Source: Iphione sp. A-MEVVRFRX5 (lineage: Eukaryota). Taken from it: a DNA stretch of 64,000 nt. A model generated the notes under the pieces. That model ran no database searches and was not told where the DNA came from. It worked only from the letters and a program-made list of their open reading frames with translations. Position numbers and translations under genes: made by a program. The stretch lies in contig OZ320314.1 in NCBI GenBank assembly GCA_976226885.1, positions 37,386,001 through 37,450,000 of the forward strand, read 5' to 3'. Positions 1-11,850 of the stretch are shown here, one piece after another (within the stretch, counting starts at the first letter, position 1; each line of letters opens with the position of its first letter).

Positions 1-56
1 TGATAGGTTAGTGGTCGACGATGATGGATTGGAAGGAGAAGTGAACATGCACATAC

Positions 57-161
57 CACCTTCCGGAATAAATGTAACCTTTCTCCAGTATCAACAGCGA
101 AGCTGTGATCAAAGGAATCCAGGCTGTCCATGTACACATATTCGCGCTGTTGGATGTGTAG
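57..161 (-). CDS. Candidate internal coding exon of an unidentified minus-strand gene (LHIQQREYVYMDSLDSFDHSFAVDTGERLHLFRKV)
   Basis: On the minus strand: polypyrimidine acceptor tcttttccccacctaacag|, 105 nt open in phase 0, donor GTG|gtatgt (alternative AAG|gtggta at 60). The peptide has natural-looking composition but I do not recognise the family. Confidence 0.5.
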
Positions 162-574
162 CTGTTAGGTGGGGAAAAGAAACTAGGATATGTGTCTGTA
201 AATTATCCTTATTGGTGCAGGAAGGAGGCATCTATTGGCTGTGAACCGGCTTTTACATTATTATATGGATGCAGGACCAGGACCTAAGTGAGTCCAAGTG
301 GGTAGTCCTGCTTAGCATTCCAAAAGCAACAAGTTCTACTCAAAAGCTCCAAGTGAAGACGGTTTTATTGACTACACAGGACCCATATTTATACCAAACC
401 AGCATGTCATGTGACCAACAGAGATTTCAACAAAGTACCCAGAGATGGAATAAAATGAATACAATGTCTCTTTTGTTAGTGTTCTATACCAATCAGCTCA
501 GAGCAAGACTTAGTAGTTACAATATAACAGGGGCCTGGAATCCTGGGTGCAAGGTCACCTCTAACCCTAACTTT

Positions 575-712
575 GCCTATGGTACCATAGGCACTACCAG
601 TTTTAGGGTTCACAACGTACATTTTACCACAAAACGCCTATGGGGCCTAGGCACCATTAACCTGAGAGTTCGCAGAGTACACTTCACATGACTATCTATG
701 GTCCAGTAGGCC
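575..712. repeat. Diverged ~60-bp tandem repeat (~2.4 copies) whose first unit starts with the perfect 18-bp palindrome GCCTATGGTACCATAGGC
   Basis: Units start at 575, 636 and ~694. They share gcctatgg..taggcac, and the first two also share ag(g/a)gttc.ca..gtaca.tt. Confidence 0.6.
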
Positions 713-3700
713 CCATGTCGCTAGCTACTCTTTACATATGGATGACTTCAGATCACCGAATGATTTAGATTCTTAATATAGCGCATTATATTATGGATAA
801 GCTTAAAAACTGAATGGCAGCAATAGAGTGAATAAAGATAAAGCGTCTGGTTGCCCCTGCCACACCTATTCCAGAGCCAACGATAGTGTGAACAAAGAAA
901 AGAGGTCAGAGTTTCCATGCGTCGCCATAAGCTGTTTACAGATTTTCCATGTCAATGATAAGATGAACAAAGACGAAGTATCTAATTGAAGAGTTCCCAG
1001 AAAACAAGGATAGTGTGAGCAAAGACAAAGCGTCTGATTGAAGTGTTCACGCCTCTTGACATATGAATATGAACTTGTATTATTTCACATTAATATAATA
1101 ATATTTTTCCCCATTTTCAGGTATCCATAATCAAATGAATGTTTAAAACTACACAGCTCTGCTTGCGTTCTGTGTCCCTTTAGGAAGATTCTTTATGAGA
1201 GCATGGCATTTTCTCTGGCTTTGTTGATGTTAGTAATAACCTCTAAATCAGTTTAAGATCAAAGTAATAGTAGTTGGCAAGCAATAGCAGGTCGGCTCCC
1301 AGCTATCCTGTGATGCATTTTATCATGGGTAAGCACAAGCCTGAAGTGAACATTCTCAGCATCAATATCCTGTAACACATGTACACGTCTATATTTAATC
1401 ATTTATTTCATGTTTAATCCAAAACTGAGACAAATAAGTAAACATTTGTGAAAAATAAAGAATAGTTCAAGAACTGGTTTTCTTTTTATAACTAAATGCA
1501 TTAGAAAATACGAGTTGCTTTTTCGCCAGTAGCTCCGGCCACAACAAAATGTCAAAACGTGTTTCGGGCATGCACAAGCTGGAGGTTAACTTTGCATGAT
1601 CTTTCAAGCCCCACAAATTAATAACAACCGGGCATAATATAACAAAAGTTATGGGTGACTTTCCATATATCTTCTCTGTGTTTGCAAAAACAAGAAATTC
1701 CTTTGTTTATTTATAGTTCCACCTCTTACAACATTTGAACGGCATGCTCAGATTGGTCAACATGAACATCATTATCATAAGCTGTGACCAATCGATATGA
1801 AAACCTGCAATTGTGCACTCTTTTGAATCCGAACGGGTGCGGTTTTATTGCTAACCTTCGTATTTGTGTTAAAAAGCTGTCTTATGATTTCTAGAATATT
1901 GCTTCTTAATCTTAATTAATGCTGACGTACTACTCATACAACAATTTTACTTTCGGCATCGTCCTCCAAAAGGACGGACATTTTATTTCTGAATTCCTTA
2001 TATAGTTTCTACCTAATTACACTCAGCTTAAGTCGTCTGGATACTTGGTTTTGCCAATTTCCACCGGAAAATGTATCCACCAGTAAAGTGCAAACTGTTT
2101 CTTTATTTTACGCGTACATTAATTCATTATTTACGTCCACCCAAAGAGCTGCCGCAGTTGTGCTGTCCTCTGCAACCCGGTTAGTGATAAACGTGGGAAA
2201 TCGCTCCGCCCCATCACAATTTGGTTTTGAGACTTTCAGACTATACGTTTGCACATTTGTCTGCTTTACCAAACAGCCATTCTGTACAAAAAAGTTTTCA
2301 GTGTTGTTGATGCCAAATGAAACTATGAAATCAATGACACTTTCAGTACGGTAATGTTAATGCAGTTGCTGCATAAATTGTACTCCTGGATATCAAAGCT
2401 ATTCGCCTTTTTTCTGCAAATACAACTTTACAAAGTGCTAACATGCTATACATATATAGCAAAATAATTCTATTGACATATATAGTCGTAACAAACCGCC
2501 CCTATATGTATGCATATAAACCTGTTTAGACGTGAGAGGTGATAAAAAATATCTTTGTTATAATACGCTTGGATACAATTTATTGGACACATTACAGCGA
2601 CGGCCGTAAAACCAAGATGCCAACCCTGTTGTCGCCATGCTTGACTGGTCACTAGGTGGTTATCACCGGAGCGTAACCGTCACGGGGATAAAAGGATCAT
2701 CTACAGTATCGTATGACTGATGGGAGAGATGGGTGGAGTCGGGGTTGTTGTGGGGTGAGGGTCTTACCGGTATGCAAGGCATTGTTATGGGAAACAAAAT
2801 GTATTTATTTACATTCTTATTTCACTGATCCGCCGATGCTAAGTATCAAATGTAATCTATTGCATCACTGTTTCCTCCGAAGACAGGGGAGTTTAGAGTG
2901 AAAGAGTGATATTTTGACCTGCTGGTATTCCACAAAGAACGGTGCTAGGGTGTGTGTAATCGGTTAATTTAGGGGGGCGTCAGGAAACTGTTGAGATTGT
3001 AAGGTAATAAAAGCAGGATGGATGAGACAGCCGACATATATAGATAAGACCGCCACAACAGGAGTTATGTTATATTCTCATTGAGAGAAACCAATCATCT
3101 TTAGAAGCGATAACTTTTAGCATAGCATGAAAGTTGTGCTCAATTAATTCAAGTTGAGCGTCAGAAACCGAGTCTTAAGTAAACTAAACTGACTTACCTT
3201 TCACAAGGGCAAAATAGGTTATCCCTGTTTGATATATGATGTGGCTTTATTTTACTTAAAACAATTATGAAATATTTTAAGGAACCTTCCCAAAGCTTGT
3301 CAACAATCACTATTGAAAAAAGTCGTTTTGAAGCAATTATGCATTAAAATTACTCTTCTTTCAACCTTGGGTTATTCTTATGCCTGTTTGTGTTTTCGAA
3401 ATAGCTATGGAAATATTCAGTTTGAGGAATGTAAATGGTGGATGTCTTCTCGGTTCAGATTTTTTACATAGAATTACTGGCTAAAAAGAGCGTTTCAGCC
3501 ATCAAAACCAAATAATTAAATTCAATGAGCGTATAAGCGTTACAAACGAATTGTAAGGATTAAATTTTTTAATTTTTGTGAATACGCCATCCACTCACAA
3601 ACAGGAAGTAAACAATACTCTTTCAGACTGATGAATCAGGTTACATGACTCAGAGACTTTCAACATGGCAAAACCTTTTACCAAATGCAAGTGAGAAGCC

Positions 3701-6235
3701 TGTACATTTATGAAGTTTTAAGGTAGTTTCGAGGAAAATAAGGGATAATATCATGTTAGAACAGCGTTTAGGTATGTTTTCTTTCAAAGGTTGTCTACTT
3801 AACCACTCAGACAGACCTTCCGCTCGAAACCATACTAAAATGCTTAGTTTAAGAACTGTTTTCCAAGGATTTATATCACTGTCACAGTCAACCATGAGAG
3901 AAAAAGCCACAAGAAGGTCATTTTCATACCTGTCTTTTCAGGTCGTTGCATTTGAATGATCCGTTTTGATAAGATTAGAACAATACTACTACTTATTCAT
4001 ACTAGAGTGATTAATGTTACGTTTGAAAAAGTTGAAAAGTTTATAATAAATCATAATCGTACAAAAATCATATAAATCTTATGGAATATTACCAGAAGTA
4101 AATTCCTGCCATCATTATTGATGAAACGACTTAAAAGTAATTTAAAGTAGTTAATGTAATTTTCTTTACAATTATTCTGTTTCTCAATTTTTTAAAGAGA
4201 TAAACCAACTAATGTCAAGGCGATGAAACACTACATTATCACATAATAAGTGTCGGAATTAGTCAATGTTTACGCATCCTGACCTTATATGGGCCTGTTA
4301 CATAATTCCAACTAGGCTACGTTCTTTTTCCACTAAGAACAGATTGAGGACGTTCACAATTATCTCCTTTTTCACTTATGAAAAATGAGATTGCTGTAAA
4401 TGTTTTACTTGTGTTTTTGATGAAGAAAGTGATAAAATACTAAGAAACACTTTGATCTGAGATATCCGAAGGCGCCAGCAATAGGAAAATGCCTGGAAGC
4501 CACATTCATTTGCCTGGAAACGCCTGCAGACAGTATTTACCCTTATGGGGTTAAAGATATAAGATGGCTTACAGGGGGCATTAAACATTCTGACGTGTCC
4601 TCTCCTTTTAGCACACCATTAGGCAACATCAACATCCACATCTGATTTGCACACAAATTACCATTTCCACCGGGTCAGACAGGAAAGGTCATTGCGCAGG
4701 TAGTGGCAGTGTTGCCGGGAATACATTGATGTGATCCTAATGTATTAATTAGATCCGCCTCCCTGCCTGTTGACCCGAAGCCCCATATCTAAATTTATCG
4801 GTTACTTAGGTGACCTGAATTAGAAATCCAGGCAGACCTTCATGCCAAACACGCGCAGTCGGGTTTAAGCTGCTTCCAAGGTATCATTCTCGCCCGTATT
4901 GATCCTATATCATGGTGGTCTTCAGAGAAACCCTGAAAGAGAGAGTGGAAGTCTGTACATATTGACTTGTGTGTGAAAACCTATAAATTTGATGGCGTAA
5001 TAGCTTGAGCACGTCACACACAAACGCTTTCCGTTATACGTACAGGGGGCAGCAGATACCCTTCACTTATGTTTATGAAGAATGTGACCTCTTTAGAAGA
5101 AAGCAATTTTGAATTGACCTTTTCTTGAATATTCCTCTTGTTAAATCTTCTTGGCAAAAAAGAACAAATATTTGAATCTAAAACATTAGATAGTCGCAGT
5201 AACGGCTATCAGAATAGATAAGCCGGGAAAAGTAACCATTTTTTTTTCGATATACACATTGGCTTCCTTGCATGAAGGTCTGTAATAATATCTCACGTGC
5301 GAAAGTGAATGTTGAGGCTCCTGCCCAGTCAATACTCCCACCAGCTATTTCATCTGTAGGGCTCTTTCATGGGAGACATTTAAGGATCCCTGTCTGGAAA
5401 TCCTCTTTTGAAATCAAACCGAAGGTCATTATTAGACGACAGAAGAAAAGGGATTTAGGGAAATTCGATTGATTTTACCTTCTCGACCCAATTATGCATT
5501 TCTGTTCGGTTTTATCATATTTTTGTTTGGATTAATGTATTGATTATGCATGCTTTGAGGTTTGCTACTGAGCTGTTATCGAAAAGACGTCACAACGCAT
5601 GCTTTAAGGCGATCATGATTGAACACTGTTTTCTTGGCAGTGTTAATGTCTTTATTGACCACTGCATGTCCAAAGAGGGCCTTTAATCGTCTTGTCGATT
5701 TTATTTGTACTAATTCATTTTGTGTTAATAATCGGTCACTAAGGATTTGTTTTCCAATTGGATCATCTGGTTGCTTTCTGATCAAATACATTTCTTTGTT
5801 TCTTTCTTATGCATTTCATATTACAGCAGCTTTCATCCATCTTTTGAAAAAAAACAAGCTGTTTTCATATCCGCAGACCGTTTATCTCTATCACAAGGTC
5901 TTGTTTTCATTCCTTCTGTATCTTCATTTTCTTCCTGGTTTCTCGGATATACAAGGAAAAGCTGTTTAGTAGGTGATGTTTTATACATGTATACATAGCT
6001 ATATAGTCAAATGCTAGATTGCAGACGGGCCATATTCTGGACATGACTAGGTAAATGTCAGTTTTGAAATACACAGAATTTGGTTTTCCACAGTAAATCG
6101 CAAGGGCAATGTAGACATGATCACCTTGTGGACACGATTCGTCCAATCCCAGTCTATGTGTCTAATGTGGCGTCCAGCTGTATTTGTTTACCATACACTG
6201 TGCAGGAATTGTGTAAAATTGTTTCTCTTTCTTAG

Positions 6236-6400
6236 TCCAACACAAATCTTGCAGAAGATCTACATGCAGGAAAGAAGCCTAAACAAAAGGCCACACCTAC
6301 CTCTCCTGTGGTGCAGATTACAACACATGGCCTAGGGTCTTATGCAGCAGAGACTCACCCATACACACTGAAGGGCAACTGCACACAGGTTCTCTCCTAA
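6236..6400 (+). CDS. Possible exon (SNTNLAEDLHAGKKPKQKATPTSPVVQITTHGLGSYAAETHPYTLKGNCTQVLS*)
   Basis: Acceptor gtttctctttcttag at 6221-6235, followed by 54 open codons to TAA. No homology recognised. Confidence 0.25.
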   Translation, partial: SNTNLAEDLHAGKKPKQKATPTSPVVQITTHGLGSYAAETHPYTLKGNCTQVLS

Positions 6401-6649
6401 TATTGTCATTTAAATAATGAAACATACATGTTTCTTTTATCAACAACAGTGCAACATAAACGAAAATGTAAGCAACATTAATGGAGTCGACTTCAGTGTT
6501 CAAGACTGTTTTCCCAGCTTTTTACTGTTTGTTTCCACGTCTCGTTGAGACTATTTTGTCGGGACATGTATAAATATTGCAGCATTTGTGTCAATCTATA
6601 GACATTCCAAAAACCGAAGACGTGAATAATTTGTAGCAAAATTGCTGCG

Positions 6650-6963
6650 TAAGCATTCTCTGTGCGAATCGCCTGGGGGGGCGATACATATATAGGCGAG
6701 AGTAAAAATGAGTGACGCTACAGGTAATAAGGGGGTGTGACTTCGGAATTTCGAGCTGTCATCATTCTCTCTCCTTTCATCAGTCTCTCTCACAACTGCT
6801 TCAAGGAATGCGAGAAACGTCACCGGGTTTGCCCCTTCCTGTGATCAACGTCATAGCTGGAGCCATGACGTCGCCGTTGGGTCCGTTCTACCATCAACTA
6901 TATACGGCAAATACCGCTATTACCTGCTCTCCTCGGCTGAGCCGACCGTCCACTTTCCACAAG
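6650..6963 (+). promoter_or_regulatory. CpG-enriched promoter/first-exon-like segment ending at donor AAG|gtaatc (6964); possible first coding exon from ATG 6865 (MTSPLGPFYHQLYTANTAITCSPRLSRPSTFHK)
   Basis: Local CpG enrichment, CRE-like TGACG motifs, gagccATG context and a canonical donor. Confidence 0.35.
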
Positions 6964-8201
6964 GTAATCACTGTCTTGTGGACCAGGTGATGGTGGCCGA
7001 AGGTGAGGTGGAATAAGCGGGACAAGAAAGGAATACAAGTCACATTTTCGTTGTGATCACTAAGAATGTAATATATAACACGCAATGTAATAATATAACA
7101 CTCATAGTTAAATGCAGGAGACCATGGGATGCTGAACGTATGTGATATATAACACTAATACTTAATACTGGCGGGTATGTTTGAGGGTACGGCAAGTATG
7201 CTACCTACCACCGGAGGGGATACTGCTTTATATAAAGATGTGCGATAAAGAACACTCATACCAAACACGGAAGAGAATTTGTCGGTGAAGGCTGGGTACA
7301 TAAAACTCTCATATCGATCACTGGAGGGACAAGGTGAAGGTACAGCAAGTATACCACACATACCTAACACTGGAGGCGACAATATAGCCACTTAACCCAC
7401 ATGTATTTAAATAGTAAGAATATAAAGGGGCAGATTAAAAGTTGCCTGTATGACATGTATGTACGATATTTGCCCACAGCTCAAGCTGTGAACTTATATT
7501 GAGGCAGGACATAAAAACATGTGTAGGACATTTATTTAAGCATAGCGTTTATTTTGGTGTGCAAACATCTACATGCAAGAACAAAGGCTTTTTGTGGTTT
7601 ATCGAGCTCAGTTCCATGTGACCTTTTTACCTGGAATCAAAGCAACCTATTGCATTACAACATTGAATAACCAAATGAATTCATGTATTTGTGACAAAGT
7701 TACACAAATACCCCATTGCTACTGGCCTTGGAGAAACACCAACTGACATATACTAATCGGTTATATCCTCTACAGTTATGTTTCATCTCGAGATACATAA
7801 GCTCATAACCTTTAAGATAAGATAATACATATCTATATAATTGGTAAAGCAGGTTTACTAAATTCTAGCGTACTAAATTATCATTATGCTTCCATAAAGA
7901 AAGGAAAATGATGACATCCCTAGCACTACAACTCCTATCAGACATAAGAGAAGTAAGTTTATAACCACAGCCTCATACCTACTTGTCATTGTCAATGTTA
8001 ACTTTAGGGCTACTGGTTTGATTCGACAACAGCAATATTCTTCAGGTAGCTAAGACCCGTTGAATATAAGTCAATCCTTCTTTCCTGAGTAATTGCGAAG
8101 ACATCGGCGACTATGTTTAAGAAATCTTTAGAATGTAGAGTGGCTGCAGGTAACATCAAAACCCGTGAGCTACCAGTTTGAATAGGAGGTAGGTTTTACT
8201 A

Positions 8202-8236
8202 TCCCAACGTTTCGACCTGTAGGCTGTCTTCAGTGA
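8202..8236 (-). ncRNA. Degenerate Penelope-type hammerhead ribozyme motif (CUGAAGA...GGUCGAAACGUU)
   Basis: The minus strand reads catttcaCTGAAGAcagcctacaggtcGAAAcgttggga. It has the core boxes and the ACGU palindrome typical of PLE-associated minimal hammerheads, but stems I and II are imperfect. Confidence 0.4.
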
Positions 8237-8768
8237 AATGTCACCCGAGTTGACATGGCTCGCCTTCAGCGAAGAAGGGTTATATAGTAGGCGTTGGTTG
8301 CCTGCTTACATTTGGAACCTCTTGGAGGTATTAGCATTCTGTAATAGATAACAAGAGCTTTACATGTATACGTAAATACTATCCAGCAACAAACAAGGCT
8401 GAATGCATTATGCTCACTGCGGGCATCGGAGAACGTTCAGCGCAACTGATACATATGCACTTTACGACAACTAGACGCATTGGGAAAGGCTGAAAGAATT
8501 TACCCTCCCCTTCAAAAAAACAACCTGAAGACGAAGAGGGTCGTTAGGTTGATGATTCTATATTTTTACCATACAAATGTTCCACTGAAAAGGCTTCCCA
8601 ATACTTTACAACCCTAGAACCATCGCTTCTCCTGCTTTAATTTTATTGATCTTCATACTATGCCCTACGAAACAAAATGGTATAAAACAACAGTCTGGAA
8701 CATTATCTATTCTGAAGATATTCACAAAACAATAAAAAATTAAAAAGTGCCATTTGCCATCAAAGTCA

Positions 8769-8812
8769 GGGTCGGTCAGGCTACCAGCAACACAACTCTT
8801 TTTAGTAGGCCT
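8769..8812. mobile_element. Terminal inverted-repeat end of a non-autonomous DNA transposon (same family as 25960-26292)
   Basis: GGGTCGGTCAGGCTACCAGCAACACAACTCTTTTTTAGTAGGCC|TTA is the reverse complement of the TGTGTTTCCGGTAACCTGCCCGACCC-type terminus at 25969-25995. Confidence 0.55.
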
Positions 8813-8999
8813 TATTATTTGTTATTTCCAAGGGAGGAAAGAGTAAGCACAGGAGAAGTCTGTTTCGTATCGTGTTATTGCTTCGTATGATGTTTTTGCT
8901 TCCAATAACAAATTCGACATACAAAGAACAGGTTTTATGTAAGAATAGCTTACCGACATACTAACCAGTCATTAATAAGTGAAGTGTCTTTGTTTTCAG

Positions 9000-9153
9000 A
9001 ATGGTTTAGAGGTGTGTTTAGGGCCTGTGGAAAACAGTCACTCGACCTTGAGCATTTGCAACGATTTCGGTTCTTATGCCGCAATATCGATACGAAACTC
9101 TATCGTGCAGAAGAAACGCAACAGAAACTGCCAGGTGTGCCAGGCAGATAGAG
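9000..9153 (+). CDS. Candidate internal exon of an unidentified plus-strand gene; reading frame ambiguous
   Basis: Acceptor gtctttgttttcag (8999). Phase-1 frame reads WFRGVFRACGKQSLDLEHLQRFRFLCRNIDTKLYRAEETQQKLP to donor CCAG|gtgtgc (9134). Phase-0 frame reads NGLEVCLG...KKRNRNCQVCQADR to donor AGAG|gtaata (9153). Confidence 0.45.
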
Positions 9154-11416
9154 GTAATAATGTTTATCTGATCCATATCGAAATGCTGTAGACAAGGTAA
9201 GATGGTAATACAACTGCACTGACAAATGTATGCTTGGGAGGGTTTTTAATAGTTTTTAAACACTTAATAGTATTTGAAGGAAAAAATTAACGGATTTTAT
9301 ACATCTAATAGCACAGGTCAGTGCAGCTACTGTAATAAACAGGTCATTAAAAGTGTTGCAAAGCAGCATGTCTTTATCTTTAACGTATAGGAGTTCTCTA
9401 GTGTGTTTAGTCAGGGGGTTCTCATGGGTATCAGGTGTTCAACTGAGTACAAGTAAAACTTTTTCTAAAGTTTCCTGCTATTTACACATGTGTCCCCTAA
9501 TAGCTCTATCCAATCAGTCATAGCATACATTGCAATATAGTACAGTAACACAATCCAAGTTTTGTTGTTTTCTTTACGTACAGGGTGGTTGCATAACATA
9601 TTGTGACACAGAAGATGAAATATTTATGTCTTCGCTCAGCCAGGAGACAGAATTACACTTATTCAGGAATACATCTCCATTTAAAAACAGCTATACATAT
9701 ATTGCGACATCTGCCACCTGTACTCACCGCAATAATTTAAGATTGGTATTTGGTTTTAACAGTTGACATCTTAATACCGAAAGCATGTTTTGTATTGTAG
9801 CCACGCGGAACAGCTAAACCTGCCGGTGTGACAACGTGTGTTACGTTCTTCAATGTCCATCCGCCATCGCACAGGCTACTCTCCCCGTGTACAACCACTG
9901 ATGTGGATGTCCCGAAGGTTCCGGTTAGTCAGGAAAGACTACAAAGGCAGGGTTATTGATCGATCTGCGTCTCTTTATTGAGCATATTTCCGTCAGAGTC
10001 ACTATTCTTAGTGTAGTAGCAACATGTTGTACAGTCCAGCCTACGGGATTAGCGCACTGAGTGCTGGGCATGCTTTCAGGCCAGCCTCTACCGCATGGAT
10101 TATGTTGAAAGGAAGGGGGACAGAATAGAGGCAACCACGTACATGACCATTTTGTACGTAGAGTGAAAGGATACCAAGCTTTAACTCGTCTCTCATTCAT
10201 TGTTTTAAGAACCGCATCTCAAGATATAATGTAGGTTCTACGGTTACCTCCTATGTACAGTGAAAAGCTACTTCCGGTAGTGTGAACTTGTCATTTTGAA
10301 TAAAAGTGGACATTTATATGGATGTGCTTTGGATCTGACAGGATAGAAACGGCAGCCAAAAGATGATCATAATACAGGTTCATTTGCTGGCTTATTGTAC
10401 GTTTGGCCTTGTAGGCCTCTGCGCCATTGGTAGTGATGGAACAGTTTTACGTCAATATCTTCACATAACTATAGAATTGCAAATGTCCATGGGACTACTG
10501 ATCGAACATTTAAGCGAATCAAAGAGAATTTTCCCAAGGAGCCATAAACCAAACGTCTAACCAAAACAAACTATATGGGTCATACCTCTAGCTTTCCATT
10601 CGGTTTCTAAATCTGTTGATTTATTATGCGATTTTTACATAATTTAAATATACATGTACACCTGACAATATATCCTTTGTGAGATTTTACAAATCAGTAC
10701 ATCCCCATATCAAACGTCTGGAATTTTTCTGAAAATTTGTCAAATTTTGCTGACTGAACTGCCCTTACACTTTACAGGAACTGTTTTATAACCGTGCTGC
10801 TTTAATGGATGTTTCATCTCACCTCTACAGTCGCTGTTGCTAATGCTGGTAATGCTGCCATTGTTGCATTGCCGCTGTTGCATTCGGATGGATAAACATT
10901 GCGTCGATTATAATCACATTAGAGTTAATACAATGTATTGTCCATAGGAATGTGTGGTTCATTTGTCGTTCCTAAAAGGAGCAAGTTTGCCGTGTTGTCT
11001 TGTTAAAGTCATGACTGATCATGTTGTCATGACAATATTTTGAAGATTGTAACAGAAGTTCGTGCATTGCAGTAAGTAGGTTCTTGTTCAGTTTTGCTTT
11101 ATTCAGAAGATGTACCTCATGGCATCGGGTAGGTGAGTCCAAAGAAAGTGATTTAATTCCCTCCATATATATGTATCTACACTTGTAAATAATCATATAA
11201 CATTAACCATAAAGTATATTTAATGCTTGGCATTACCCTAGGTATTCTTATCTAATATTCTAATTATCTTAATGGTGCACCATAGGAATCAAACAATGAA
11301 TACAGACACAAGTAATACCAAATAATTTTTTTTGTTCAATATTCACCAAATACATATCGACAAAGTCGCTCTTTCTATGCATCTGTTATGTTATTAGTTA
11401 CAATTTGTTAATATGC

Positions 11417-11850
11417 TCAACCGTTGTCAAAAACAATTCTTGTCATTTCTTTTTGAAAGTCCTCCCTATCTAACACACTATCTGGTGGAGGAATATAATT
11501 ATTCCTCAATTTAATAACTTCATATCTTGTCATTGTTGATTGTAATGCGGTTCCATAGTGTTTGGTAAAAATAGTAACCTTTCTTGTGTTCTTAAATTCA
11601 TCATCATTTTTCTTTGCTGGTAACAATCTTGTTCAAAAGTTGGTAAACTTTTCCCCATAGCTCTATAACCCCTGATTAGTAAATGTAATTATTTCCTCTG
11701 CTGGGTTGTTAATAACTGCAATTGTTTGTACAGTTTATTAGTTGATGTTTTCATATCCAACTTTAACAGTCTCTTCAGTAATTTATCATGACAAACTTGA
11801 ACCTTGTGAATATTAGTTTTGCTCACAGCCTATATTATTATCTTCACATA
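11417..11850 (-). mobile_element. Decayed 3' end of a CR1/L2/Crack-clade LINE ORF2
   Basis: The minus strand encodes AVSKTNIHKVQVCHDKLLKRLLKLDMKTSTNKLYKQLQLL, matching the A.KT.L.KLQ..QNK.LR..L...T..LY..L C-terminal LINE pattern. After a frameshift it continues TRKVTIFTKHYG...YEVIKLRN. Confidence 0.6.

Noticed and set aside
4806-4932. Minus-strand acceptor (ctctctctttcag) followed by an exon-sized block
   Set aside because: All three frames contain stops; at best a non-coding exon, unsupported.
5576-5970. Minus-strand K/E-rich frames hinting at a DNA-transposon N-terminus
   Set aside because: No diagnostic motif; multiple stops.
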